From assembly GCF_006345805.1 (NCBI RefSeq), contig NW_021833783.1, positions 1 to 64,000 of the forward strand: DNA of 64,000 nt, written 5' to 3'. The position numbers and the translations under genes were made by a program. Positions 51,150 through 63,960 of the stretch are shown one piece after another (position 1 is the first letter of the stretch; every line of letters begins with the position of its first letter). Source of the DNA: Octopus sinensis (lineage: Eukaryota). The notes under the pieces were generated by a model. That model was not told the origin of the DNA. It saw nothing but the letters and a program-made list of their open reading frames with translations, and did no database searches.

Positions 51150-51774
51150 TCTATTTGATTAATTGACATAAAAACCTTCCTCCTCCGCTTTACCAAAACC
51201 TTAATGCCTGACCTCTCAACCCGAACCTTCAGAAGAATAATACTCTATCTCTTTTCTTTTTATTTTTATTTCTCTCTCTTTTTCTCTTTCCCCTTCTTTC
51301 CTCTCTTTCTCCTCTCTTCTATCCACTCACTCACAACCCATTTCTATCTGTCTGTGTTTCCCACTCTATATATCCACGCAGACTATTTACATACCTGCCA
51401 ATCACTTCAACATGAACGCATCATTCAAAATACTGCCAAAATGCTACCTGAATTTACCTGGATATTATCCTAAGAGCCTATACCTTCACGGAAATACGGA
51501 TCAACCTCCATACCGTCTGTAAAAATATTCCCTATGAACTTTAATCTCTTGTCCGTATTCTATCTACTTTTAATGTTTATTCTCCTATTTCATTCCTCAT
51601 AATCCGTGAATGTTCCTGTCTAGAACTTTCATACATACTCACCTGGTCTCTGATGACAAAATACCCAGTGTGCGGACATGCTAGTCTATCACTTGAGATA
51701 TCTCAGAAACAGCTGTAAATCTTCAAATTCACCTTACCCTAATTAAATTATTATAAATGACTTGAGATACTCGT

Positions 51775-51990
51775 CCTACCTTGGTTTTTGTTGTTTTTTC
51801 CTCTAATATATGTGTGTGTGAACGTGCGTGTCATATATATATAAAGGTGTGTTTCCTTGGTTTTGTGTTTATGTTTTCTTTTCTCATTGTGTTCGAGGTT
51901 TTTTTGGTGTCTTGTACCCATATATGCATGTATATATACATGTAGATGTAGGTACGTACATATATGTATGTATATATGCATATGTTTTAT
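51775..51990. mobile_element. Family D fragment
   Basis: ttctcattgtgttcgagg...gtacccatatatgcatgtatatatacatgtagatgtaggtacgtac. Confidence 0.6.
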
Positions 51991-52064
51991 TTAATTTGTT
52001 ATTACACCACAGAACACACGCATCCATTTCTAAGTAAGTTTGTTCTTAACATATATATATATAT

Positions 52065-52434
52065 TACTCTTTAGTCACCGCCTTTAGTCGAGCAAATCGG
52101 CCCCGGGACATATTCTTTGTAAGCCAAGTACTTATTCTATCGGCCTATTTTGCCGAACCGCTAAGTGACGGGGACGTAAACACACCAGCATCGGTTGTCA
52201 AGCAATGCTAGGGGGACAAACACAGACACACAAACACACACACGCATATATATATATATACATATGCACGACGGGCTTCTTTTCAGTTTCCGTCTACCAA
52301 ATCCACTCACAAGTCTTTGGTCGCCCCGAGGCTATAGTAGAAGACACTTGCCCAAGGTGCCACGCAGTGGGACTGAACCCGGAACCATGTGGCTGGTAAA
52401 CAAGCTACTTACCACACAGCCACTCCTGCGCCTA
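52065..52434 (-). mobile_element. Family A SINE, 3' end deleted
   Basis: Reverse complement of family A from caccgcctttagtcgagc to cactcctgcgccta. Confidence 0.9.
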
Positions 52435-52515
52435 TTTCAGTTGGTGGGCGTTTGAGTCTCAGTTTATTAGAAGCTGCCACACCATTAGGAGAAATACAAG
52501 ACATATACAAAATAT

Positions 52516-53293
52516 TACAAGCGTTGTCTTAAAAAGTACGAAACTAGAATTGAAAAATGCGCACGCTCAAAAGAGTTACAAACCTTAAAAAGTATGGGAC
52601 TAGCGTTGTTGCACCAAAATATTGGAATCACTATATGTTGCACATTCTGTGGCATCTTTTTTATCACAAGAAATTTGTTTAGTTCATTGAAATTAAGTTG
52701 TATTAAAAATTAAGATAAATCATCGTATACTCAATTTTAACAAAACAATTGTGTACAAATACTAATGTCATCTTTACGCAATAATTCAATCTATGAATGA
52801 TAATTTTTATAAATTTACAAGTAATTAATAAAAAATAATTTAGTAAACTTTGTTTAATTCGCACAACTATTCCCTGAATATGTGTATCATAATGCGAATT
52901 CTCTTTGGTAATAAGTATTTTGCTTTCGTTCTTTCGCTGTTATATAGATTCGACTTAATCATAAATCCAATCTTTTTTTTATTATTATCATGGTTATTTG
53001 CATGTTGTGAGAAATTTTTTTATATACTTTGGTATGGAGAGTATAATGAATTTACTTATTTGAAGTTAAAGAACATATCTGTACATTTTCAAATTGTTAT
53101 ATTAAGAACTTAGTTTAAATAATTATCGTGACATCGTAATTCACATATGAGTCTCTTTTCGTTTTCAGATCCTCAAAAAATGTTCAACATATAAGGATTC
53201 CAATATTTTTGAGCAAAATGCTAGTCCCAAACTTTTTAAGGATTATCATGACATTCTGTATCCCTTTTGAGCGTGCGCATTTTTCAATTCTAG
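52516..53293. mobile_element. Non-autonomous DNA transposon with long inverted repeats (IR/DR-like)
   Basis: Perfect 30-bp IR 52544-52573 / 53264-53293 plus a second inverted block of about 46 bp; no ORF between. Confidence 0.7.
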
Positions 53294-53339
53294 CATATAT
53301 ATCATTAATTGATAGTCATTTATACACACATATATAGAG

Positions 53340-53900
53340 GCTGTTCGGGATAAATTGACTTTTTTTGCATAAAAGGAAAGGAAGGCACAAGATCTTTACC
53401 AAAAATAGAGGTATTTCAAAAAATCAGAAAATATCAACTAGATTATGGCCGGGAGATACTCAATATAACCGCCCTCAGCTTCAACCACGGCTTCAAGACG
53501 GCTCCACAACTTGGTTCATGCGTTTCTCACTGTGTCACAGAGAGGATCTTAGGACACCTTCTTGATCTTAGTGTTGGTGTTGTAGATAGAGCGGGTGGTG
53601 TCCTTCTCATCCACACCCTACACATAGTAATCCATGGTATTACAATCGGGGGAAACAGGAGGATAAAAATTGAGATTGGTGATGGCATGAATGTTCTCCG
53701 ACAACCACTTCTGACTTTTGGTAAGGCAAGGAACCGAACCCTGCTGCAAAACATATGGCCTTACAGCTGCAACCTTCACTAGCTAGGGTGTACTTTAGTC
53801 TCTAGAAGCGTTACATAGCCGTCTGAACTGAACCTATGGCCCTCTTCAAAGATATAAGGATGACGTCTGCCGTGCCCCTTCTTGTTGGTAACGGCTTCAT
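53340..53900 (-). mobile_element. Tc1/mariner-superfamily transposase relic, maT(DD37D)-like
   Basis: Minus-strand RPYVLQQGSVPC...SQKWLSEN...PPVSPDCNTMDYYV; third catalytic position is D. Confidence 0.75.
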
Positions 53901-55659
53901 AATCATGTCACAGACCATTGAGCAGCGGTCATGGTGTCGGCATTTTGATATCTGGCACCATACAGGTAATACTTTTCCAATATTCGGCTGGATTCCAGTC
54001 CTCCATCTCAGCTAACTTTTCTCAACTATCCTTTTCCTGTTTATACTCTCCAACATCATTGGATGATCACCAATGCATCCAGTTGTTCCTAAAAAAAGGA
54101 GATATAAATATACACACACACATATTATATATATATATATATATATATATTTGCATTATGACCCGTCGTTGCCGGGTCATAGTGCTAGTGCATGTATATA
54201 TGTGTATGTATATATGTGTACATATTACATGTACATCTGTATGTATATACATCTACACATAAAATACAAAATACAAAGTTATATCTTGATATCGCTAGTG
54301 ATAACAATACCCAAAATATATAACAGACTGGAACTTGCAATTTCGATCAATTGTATCTTGTCCTCCCTCTTGTATAGAAGTGTGGCTACAATCCAGCCTA
54401 CCTCTACTTTTGGGAGGACATTTTAAATTTTTATCCGGGACGTCCTACGTCCCAGATATAAAGGTGAAAATAAAATATTTCCACTTTGCAAGGTTCGAGT
54501 CGAGTACTCCCTTGCACGCTCCGTTGACTCGAACCTTGCTTCTGTTGTGGCGAATTTACCGCCTCTGGTTAGATATCTTTCATAATCGCACCAACACACT
54601 TTTCAATGGTGCTTTCTCTACATTTTTTTCTCTACATTGTATACTTTATAAACAATAGTCTTTTCTTTTCTTTAATTTTTTATTTCGTTTGTTGATGTTA
54701 TCCTAGATTCACCGTCTTTGTCGGTGATCAATCCGAAATAGGTTTGTATTTCTTCCATTTAATTTTAGTTCGCGCCCGCCGACGGCTGCAGCGAAATTCA
54801 TTTATGGACTTTCTCCTATCGAAGGCATTCTAACAAAATTGCTTCCGTGTAAGCGGTGAAAATATTGTCAATTTCACCAAACAGGGACACAATTCGATTT
54901 TTAAACAATAACCAAAGCTCCTTCTCCCAAAGGGGGAGGGTTACAGTTTACAATTATTTAACAAATGCAACACAACAACGTTTCCCTTACGAGGAACCAA
55001 CAAACGTGATAACAATAGTTAAACAGTAATAATAATAACAACAAACCTTACGGTGAATCAAAAAGCAGTACGCAGTTGAAGCTATAGTCCTTTATGTATA
55101 ACAGTCCATCTGGACTATTCCATATCTGCATGCTAATTTTACTTTTAATTTATTCCCATTCATGTAAAACCAATTATTCAAGTTCAAGTCATTGATGCAA
55201 TTATATACCAAATTGCTATTTTTACTTTTGTTATGTTACGATTATATTATACTTTAGTTTGATTTTAATTATTACTTGCTACATATAATTCAATTGTTAT
55301 TATTATCTCTAATTTTTATTGTTAAAGTGAAAGTATCTGAAATAAAATAGAGAAATATTTTTGTTTCACCTTTTAACAAAAACGTAATACTGAAATAGTG
55401 GAAGATATGATATTGCTATGGGCTCGCGCTCAGGCAGAAGCTGAACATATTTTTGCCATGAAACTACATGGACCCTAAGTAAGGCATGTAAAATTTGAAT
55501 GAAATTGGTTGTGTAGTTCTCCAAGTTTTAGGGAGACACACATTCTCAGTTTTATACACACACACACCACACACCACACACACATATATATATATTATAT
55601 ATATTATATTATATTATTAATAATGTCTATCTATAATCCTTATCTATCTATCTATCTAT

Positions 55660-55691
<32 letters not shown>

Positions 55692-55997
55692 ATATATATC
55701 TATATATATATATTATATATGATATATTATATCTATATATAATATAAAAAGTTAAAATTAAGGATAAAATCTTTATAAGAAATTATCAGTAGTAAGCGTG
55801 AAAAACCTCGTAAGAGAAAAAATCTGTAAATTTTTCCACTTTGAAAATATTTATTTATATTATATAGAGGGTACTATTATTCATAGGTACCGCACGCAGT
55901 CAAAACTACTAAAATAAACAAATTTTACCGAATGCAAAACTTCAAAGCAAGTCATTTAAAAACAGAATTTAGTTGCCTCTGATATATATATATATAT

Positions 55998-56809
55998 CAG
56001 AGGCGACTCCAGGTCATCAGCGTCACTCGGGCTCAAAACAGATTTCGACACGCAGACTCTTCACAGATTCCGCATAAGACACATGCCTGCTCGAAGAGTT
56101 ACACGTTTTTTCCGCAATATTTCTCGCTCCAAATGGTTTGTTTTTATATCTAGCTCTATGTCTTTCTCCATTTATAAGTTAAGGCTAAAAATAAAGCAAC
56201 CCTGCAAAATGCAACTGACTTTTACACACAGACGCACAGAATAACAGCAATCAAATAACCACAACCGGAGTGCACAACAAACATCAGTGATCTGACTGTC
56301 GCCTGTACTTTTAACAAGAGATGCCAGTTAGTCTTTTACACCTACCAAGCTCGTTCGCATTAGCCCAAGTTGCTGGATAATTGTTTGTTCCTTTAAGAAT
56401 ATTGTAGAACGGCAATTTTCAAAGATTGGAATTTAAATCCTAATCTCTATAGAAATTTACTGTTTCAAGAAAACATTAAATTTGAATTACTTTTCATTTT
56501 TACGATTATTGATAACAACTTGGGCTGTAACTTCTGAGCCCGAGTCAGGTGCATGTGAGCGATGTCGAGAGAACGTCTGCTACGAATGGTATTTTTTGAC
56601 ACAGGGAACCTCTAAGACGACCGCCAGACGCTGAACGAAAATATAGGAACTACGACCAGGCTCAGTAAAAGGAGCCCGAGTTATGGGTTTCAATTACGTA
56701 CTTGAAGTTAGTGTTGTCAGAAATTAAATCAGTTTGCAAATGCACGTTCACTTTACTAAATTTATACTCGGACTGATCCCGAACAGCCCAAGTGCCGGAG
56801 CCGTCACTG
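55998..56809. mobile_element. Possible hAT-like non-autonomous element in a (TA)n run
   Basis: Termini cagaggcgactccagg / cagtgacggctccggc (11 of 16 match); 8-bp flanks ATATATAT / ATATGTAT. Confidence 0.35.
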
Positions 56810-57141
56810 ATATGTATATATATATATGTAAAAAAGAAGTTTGAAAACGCCACTATATTAGATAAATTTTAATTTTCTTATGAATTTTGCATGTTTCGGT
56901 TTTTGAAAAAACGAACCTTATCAAAAATATTATAAAAAGTAAAGTGTATTAGAAAAGTTCATAATTGTTTCTTACTGGTCTCAATAGAATCCATGTGGTG
57001 GTGTTTTGTCGGTAGTAGGTATAATAGCTATAAATTTCAAGTTGAGTGTAGTAAAGAGTTCATTATTGTTTCTTGCTGGTATCAACCGGATCTACGTGGT
57101 TGTTTTTTAGCCTTCTTGTATTCGAATGACCCCGCGACTTA

Positions 57142-57186
<45 letters not shown>

Positions 57187-57928
57187 TAAATGTAAAACCT
57201 ACTGTGGACAATTATAAATAAACAAAAATAACATTAAGTGCAGGGCATCATCAACGAGTGAAAAAATATGTAAATACACGTGAGAAAAGTACAGGACAAA
57301 ATAACAAAAGATAACTCGCTCATAAGTTGATGACCGTTTATTACTACCCATTTCGTGCTTTTAAGGACAAGATAGAAATACTTCCAGAAATCTTAAAAGT
57401 ATAAATTTCGTGGAAAGTTAGGGTTTCGAACGAACAAACAATAACAGAGTGGACGTATAGAGTTCTAATGGTACACGGTAGAGATTTCCATGGCATCATA
57501 GTATACCTTACCTAATGCTATCCTCTTTACACAAATGGCAAGTCGAGCTTATAGTGAAATGGAAAAGCAATCGGGAAGTTGACAGTTTATACCCTGTTAC
57601 CAGCACTGCCATATCTAGAAGGTCAAGTTACTCTACCCTTAACAGTCGAGTCCATTTAGTTTTTTTTTATCATAATGCAGGGTAAATATTCTCATTTTAG
57701 AAGCAGTGTTAGTTTAGTAAAACTTAAGAGTGTTGAATTCTGTTCGTTTCTTAGAAGAAAAAAATACCAGTGATTGTCTTGTGACACCTAAAACAGAGAT
57801 AATCAACTCATTCCTAAAGAACAAACAAAATACACATTAACCAAGGAATTGAATGAGTATTCAATGACGAAATTTGAAAAGGGGCAGGGTGAAAATAAAG
57901 CTGCAACAAAATAAGCAGTTTTTTTTTT

Positions 57929-58133
57929 TACTTGTTTCAGTCATTTGACTGCGGCCATGCTGGAGCACCGCCTTTAGTCGAGCAAAGCGACCCCGGGACT
58001 TATTCCTTTGTAAGCCCAGTACTTATTCTATCGATCTCTTTTTGCCGAACCGCTAAGTGACGGGGACGTAAACACACCAGCATCGGTTGTCAAGCAATGC
58101 TAGAGGGACAAACACAGACACAGACACACACAT

Positions 58134-58178
<45 letters not shown>

Positions 58179-58337
58179 TACGACGGGCTTCTTTCAGTTT
58201 CCGTCTACCAAATCCACTCACAAGGCATTGGTCAGCCCGGGGCTATAGCAGAAGACACTTGCCCAAGATGTCACGCAGTGGGACTGAACCATGTGGTTGG
58301 TTAGCAAGCTACTTACCACAGGGTCACTCCTGTGCCT
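57929..58337 (-). mobile_element. Family A SINE
   Basis: Reverse complement of family A. Confidence 0.92.
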
Positions 58338-58470
58338 GTTGTTGAGAAAATCAACATCGTATCGACTAAATCTGCCAGAAAAGTACGGCTGAGTATGAAT
58401 CGCCCATTAAGGACTTCCATACATTTGTGTCATGTGAGAGTCATGTGTGATTCTATGGTAACTGTACATA

Positions 58471-58637
58471 TAGGCGCAGGAGTGGCTGTGTGGTAAGTAG
58501 CTTGCTAACTAACCACATGGTTCCGGGTTCAGTCCCACTGCGTGGCATCTTGGGCAAGTGTCTTCTGCTATAGACCCGGGCCGACCAATGCCTTGTGAGT
58601 GGATTTGGTAGACGGAAACTGAAAGAAGCCCGTCGTA

Positions 58638-58713
<76 letters not shown>

Positions 58714-58932
58714 TGTGTCTGTGTTTGTCCCCCTAGCATTGCTTGACACCTGATGCTGGTGTGTTTACGTCTCCGTCACTTAGCGGTTCGGCAAAAGAGG
58801 GACCGATAGAATAAGTACTGGGCTTACAAAGAATAAGTCCCGGGGTCGAGTTGCTCGACTAAAGGCGGTGCTCCAGCATGGCCGCAGTCAAATGACTGAA
58901 ACAAGTAAAAGAGTAAAAGAGAGTAAAAGAGT
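58471..58932 (+). mobile_element. Family A SINE, full length
   Basis: Complete head, central microsatellite and GTAAAAGA-type tail. Confidence 0.94.
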
Positions 58933-59349
58933 ATAAGTACATAAATTTCAAATAGGAACATCTCACTGTATACAGTAATGCACAGTAGTGTTTCATCTGC
59001 TATTGTTATCATTGTTATTCTATTGACGTTGCAGATACTGCTACCGCCATTCTTGCTGTTGATACTGTGGTTTCTCCACTACACTATTGCAAGTGCAAGT
59101 GGAGATATTATCTCAACGAAATAAATATTAAGGACTGTAGCAAGTGAAAACAAACCGAGGTAGACATCATTATACGAGTCGTCATTTCCTTCAGAACAAT
59201 TACCAGCAAGATCTGTTGCTTAATAAGGTTAATTTCACACACACACACATACCCAAACACATTATATACATGTCAATATGTGTGTGTGTGTGTGTGTGTT
59301 ATATTTATTAACATATATAAATACATACTGTCATACATATATATGTACA

Positions 59350-59590
<241 letters not shown>

Positions 59591-59706
59591 ATTTGACATG
59601 GGCGATTCTTTCTTGTCTTGGGATTCACGGTCAAACGGCCGGCTGGAATTGTGCGAAAAATTACACACATGTGTAGAATGATCCGATGGGGATTCTGGGC
59701 TTTGTA

Positions 59707-60020
59707 TTTTTCATAGCTCCCATAGTTACCGAGATAATCTACTATAATAATACTCGTGTGTTTATGAATAAGACAAGAAGTGGTGATAGATGAATAAGGA
59801 AGGAAGGGGTGATGTCATATTTTTTTTTCATAGCCCCCATGGTTACCGAGATAATCTACTATAATAATACTCTTGTGTTTATGAATGAGAAAGGAAGGGA
59901 TGGTGTCATATTTTTTTCATAGCTCCTATGGTTACCGAGATAATCTACTATAATAATACTCTTGTGTTTATGAATAAGAAAAGGAGTGATAGACGAATAA
60001 GGAAGGAAGGGATATGTCAC
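59707..60020. repeat. Three-copy minisatellite (periods 117 and 89 bp)
   Basis: catagc.cc.at.gttaccgagataatctactataataatactc.tgtgtttatgaat at 59712, 59829, 59918. Confidence 0.9.
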
Positions 60021-60122
60021 ACTTGGTAGTGGGATGAAGAAAATTGTACACTGAAAAAATAAATCAAACAGCGTTTGGACCAGCCCCTTACGCTGGCCAT
60101 ACATAATCAGGTACTTTCCGAT

Positions 60123-60507
60123 GTGGAGGCACAATGGCCCAGTGGTTAGGGCAGCGGACTCGCGGTCATAGGATCGCGGTTTCGATTCCCAGACCGGGCG
60201 TTGTGAGTGTTTATTGAGCGAAAACACCTAAAGCTCCACGAGGCTCCGGCAGGGGATGGTGGTGATCCCTGCTGTACTCTTTCACCACAACTTTCTCTCA
60301 CTCTTACTTCCTGTTTCTGTTGTACCTGTATTTCAAAGGGCCGGCCTTGTCACTCTCTGTGTCACGCTGAATATCCCCGAGAACTATGTTAAGGGTGCAC
60401 GTGTCTGTGGAGTGCTCAGCCACTTACTCGTTAATTTCACGAGCAGGCTGTTCCGTTGATTCGGATCAACCGGAACCCTCATCATCGTAACCGACGGAGT
60501 GCTTCCA
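60123..60507 (+). mobile_element. SINE: head C + tail T1, 15-bp TSD
   Basis: CAGGTACTTTCCGAT at 60108-22 and 60508-22; head has a CTCGCGG loop suggesting tRNA-Arg(TCG) origin. Confidence 0.95.
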
Positions 60508-61168
60508 CAGGTACTTTCCGATAAACTATCGATCCACTCGATATGTGATATTTTCCCTCTCTTGGTATTTCCAGTATCACGTTGTTTTTGAGATCATTAT
60601 TAGCTGGCCCTCGCACACATATTAGTTACTCTTACTGCCTTTCTCAGACAATTTTATGACTGTCTTTGAGTATAAATATTCACCTAGTGGTGATTGAGGT
60701 AAGACATCTGCCCGTACGCGGTGCACAGATTGTTGGCCTATAATTCTCTGGTTCAGAATTGTCTGCATTCTTTGAATGGATTGTTACTTTCATAAACCCA
60801 TTCATGATTTGTATTGGAGATGTATGATATGATTTAGCTCACTTTCTGAACGTCTGTGCGAAGTATTTAGTTCTTTAACCTAGAAATTTGGATGTTTATA
60901 TAATTATATGACTGTTCCCGTTTTTGCATGAGTTTCAGTTTTCTTTCACTTCTACGGTGATGTCCTATGACTTTAGTTCACATCAGGGGAGGAGTGCACA
61001 CGTGTGCGCAAAGACATGGTTACATACAAAAACATTATTCCTGTGTATATTTCAAGTAACGAATAAGGTCTGTATGCATATATTTACGCATGTATATTAT
61101 GTAAATGGTATCAAATGTATATTTACGAAACGATATATACATCCACACACATATATGTATGTGTGTTC

Positions 61169-61393
61169 AGCTGGCAGAACCGTTAGCACGCCGGGCGAAA
61201 TGCGTAGCCGTATTTCGCCTGCCGTTACGTTCTGAGTTCAAATTCCGCCGAGGTCGACTTTGCCTTTCATCCTTTCGGGGTCGATAAATTAAGTACCAGT
61301 CACGCACTGGGGTCGATGCAATCGACTTAATCCGTTTGTCTGTCCTTGTTTGTCCCCCCGCCTATGTTTAGCCCCTTGTGGGTAATAAAGAAA
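61169..61393 (+). mobile_element. Family B SINE
   Basis: agctggcagaaccgttagcacgccgggcg...ccccttgtgggtaataaagaaa. Confidence 0.92.
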
Positions 61394-61592
61394 CAGATAC
61401 ATACATGCACACACACATAATACACATATATACATACGACTCCTGTCCACTCTCCCACCAGTCAGATTAAAATTGGATTGTCTAGAGGAAAACTAAACAT
61501 GTTCACTCAACCGTGTCGTCCTTCTTTTTAGACACAAAATATACTGTCACGTGACGCCAATGCACGGACATAGCGGGAAACGTACAAATATA

Positions 61593-61816
61593 TATTTCTT
61601 TACTGCCCTCAAGGGGCTAAACATAGAGGGGACGAACAAGGGCAGACAAAGGGATTAAGTCGATTACATCGACCCAGTGCGAAACTGGTACTTTATTTAT
61701 CGACCCCGAGAGGATGAAAAGCAAAGTCGACCTCGGTGGAATTTGAACTCAGAACGTAACGACAGACGAAATACGGCTACGCATTTCGCCCGGCGTGCTA
61801 ACGATTCTGCCAGCTC
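61593..61816 (-). mobile_element. Family B SINE
   Basis: Reverse complement of family B; CAAATATATA at 61585-94 and 61816-25. Confidence 0.92.
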
Positions 61817-61829
61817 AAATATATACATG

Positions 61830-62044
61830 TATGGTGGTCCAAAAGTAGGTTTACAGTTATTCAACCATCTCTTTCGCATTCATATATTAACAATTTAGAT
61901 CTTAATTATAAAAAAATGTGAAACCATTATTCTATGCTAATTTAATTAATTGCAAGATAGAAATATAAATGTAATAAAATGTTTTTAAAAGAAATTTAAA
62001 GTGCTTATGTGATAACTGTAAACCTACTTTTGGGCCAACCTGTA
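61830..62044. mobile_element. Tc1/mariner-type MITE
   Basis: TIRs ccaaaagtaggtttacagttat / ataactgtaaacctacttttgg, TA at both ends. Confidence 0.75.
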
Positions 62045-62051
62045 TATATAC

Positions 62052-62082
<31 letters not shown>

Positions 62083-62300
62083 CGAATGTATGATAAAAAA
62101 TGATTAGAGAGGGAAAATGGAACATACGAGAAACTTAATTGCTGGCAACGATCGTTTCAGCCTCTCTTGCATCGCTCCCTCGCGGGTGGCAAGGAAAGGT
62201 TGGTAGTTATTCATATACATTGTCATACAATGTCATACAGAAATCTCACTGAAACGGGGTATATAACGAATCTTATTAGTAGTTGTCAAACTTTTCATAA

Positions 62301-62474
62301 TAGGCGCAGGAGTGGTTGTGTGGTAAGTAGCTTGCTAACCAACCACATGGTTCCGGGTTCAGTCCCACTACGTGGTATCTTGGGCAAGTGTCTTCTGCTA
62401 TAGCCCCGGGCCGACCAATGCCTTGTGAGTGGATTTGGTAGACGGAAACTGAAAGAAGCCCATCGCATATATGT

Positions 62475-62519
<45 letters not shown>

Positions 62520-62744
62520 GTATGCGTGTTTGTGTTTCTGTGTTTGTCCCCCTAGCATTGCTTGACAACCGATGCTGGTGTGTTTACGTCCCCGTCACTT
62601 AGCGGTCGGCAAAAGAGACCGATAGAATAAAGTACTGGCTTACAAAGAATAAGTCCGGGGCGCTTTGCTCGACTAAAGGCGGTGCTCCAGCATGGCTGCA
62701 GTCAAATGACTGAAACAAGTAAAAGAGTAAAGAGTAAGGAGTAA
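62301..62744 (+). mobile_element. Family A SINE, full length
   Basis: Complete head, microsatellite and tail. Confidence 0.93.
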
Positions 62745-62932
62745 TATAAAATTAAGTACATTTAGCTCTGGATTTCGTATTTTCTCTTTTTACAAGAAAC
62801 TTCCATTGGAGTTAATATACCGCACATGTTTAACACCTACACTTTACTACTACTACAACAACAACTACTACTACGACTACTACTACAACTACTACTACAA
62901 CAACAAGAACAACTACTACTACTATACTACTA

Positions 62933-62964
<32 letters not shown>

Positions 62965-63282
62965 GGCTGCTGCTGCTGCTACAGCAGCTACTACTGCTAA
63001 TAATAAAAAAAAAAATAATAATAATCCTTTCTACTATAGGCATAAGGCTTGAAATTTAGGGGAGGGTGATAGTCGACTACAACGACCCCAGTGTTTCATT
63101 GGTACTTAATTTATCGACCCATGAGTAATTTGAATTCAGAACGATTCTGCCAGCTCGCTGCCTTAATAATAATGATAATAACAACAAGAAAAATAAGCAC
63201 ACATAATATGGGTACACGCATACATACACCCTTATATATGCATCTCTCCCTCCCTCTCTCCCACTTTATATACATATATGCA

Positions 63283-63344
<62 letters not shown>

Positions 63345-63489
63345 ACACACACACACACATACACAGGGTATGATGGATGAATTGTCACCATTTTATATTT
63401 TTAATTTCGCGCGTGCGCATTCTTTGTTTTTGATTTTGTCTACTACACAGTATAGTAGGGTCAGTTGGGTACCAGCATCATGACGCAAT

Positions 63490-63960
63490 TCATTCTGCTA
63501 GAATTTTCGAAATGACATGCTGTACTGCTTAGCAGTCACGCCAGAAGCTCCAACGTGAACACAAGGAACAACCGTTGGCTTGCCTTATCCCCAAAACATG
63601 TACCGAGATCGATGAAAATCAAAAATCCAATTAGCATCATGGTGTTTGGAGTAATCACTAGTGATGGCAACATTATGCCTCCATTCATCTTCCCACACGG
63701 CCTCAGAATCAACACGGAGGCCTACATCAAGTGCCTGGAGGAGGTAGTGCTGCCCTAGGTGAAGAGGGTGGTCATTACAAGACCCTATGTCTGGTAACAG
63801 GATTCTGCCCCATGCTACAAAAGCAGCAAAATCCAGTAAGGGCTATCAGATAATTTCTGTGACCACTTCACCCCAGACTGCAACCCCCTTGGTTATTTAT
63901 GTGTGGGGCGCAGTTGAGCGAGAGACCAACAAAACTCATCGATCGACCAGAAGTGTTGCT
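63490..63960 (+). mobile_element. Tc1/mariner-superfamily transposase relic, maT-like
   Basis: NNRWLALSPKHVP, IMVFGVITSDGNIMPPFIF, YIKCLEEVVLP, RPYVW-QDSAPC, PDCNPL with several stops. Confidence 0.82.

Noticed and set aside
59037-59160. AG...GT-bounded segment with a signal-peptide-like reading (ILLPPFLLLILWFLHYTIASASG)
   Set aside because: Stop codons interrupt the frames I translated before the putative donor, and the sequence derives from low-complexity triplet DNA.
59707-60020. Repeat-spacer pattern resembling a CRISPR array
   Set aside because: Only three units, spacers related to each other and of unequal length, core too long, eukaryotic context, no cas genes.
60123-60200. tRNA-like heads as possible tRNA genes
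   Set aside because: A and B boxes are present, but there is no complete cloverleaf or Pol III terminator, and each head runs into a SINE body with TSDs.
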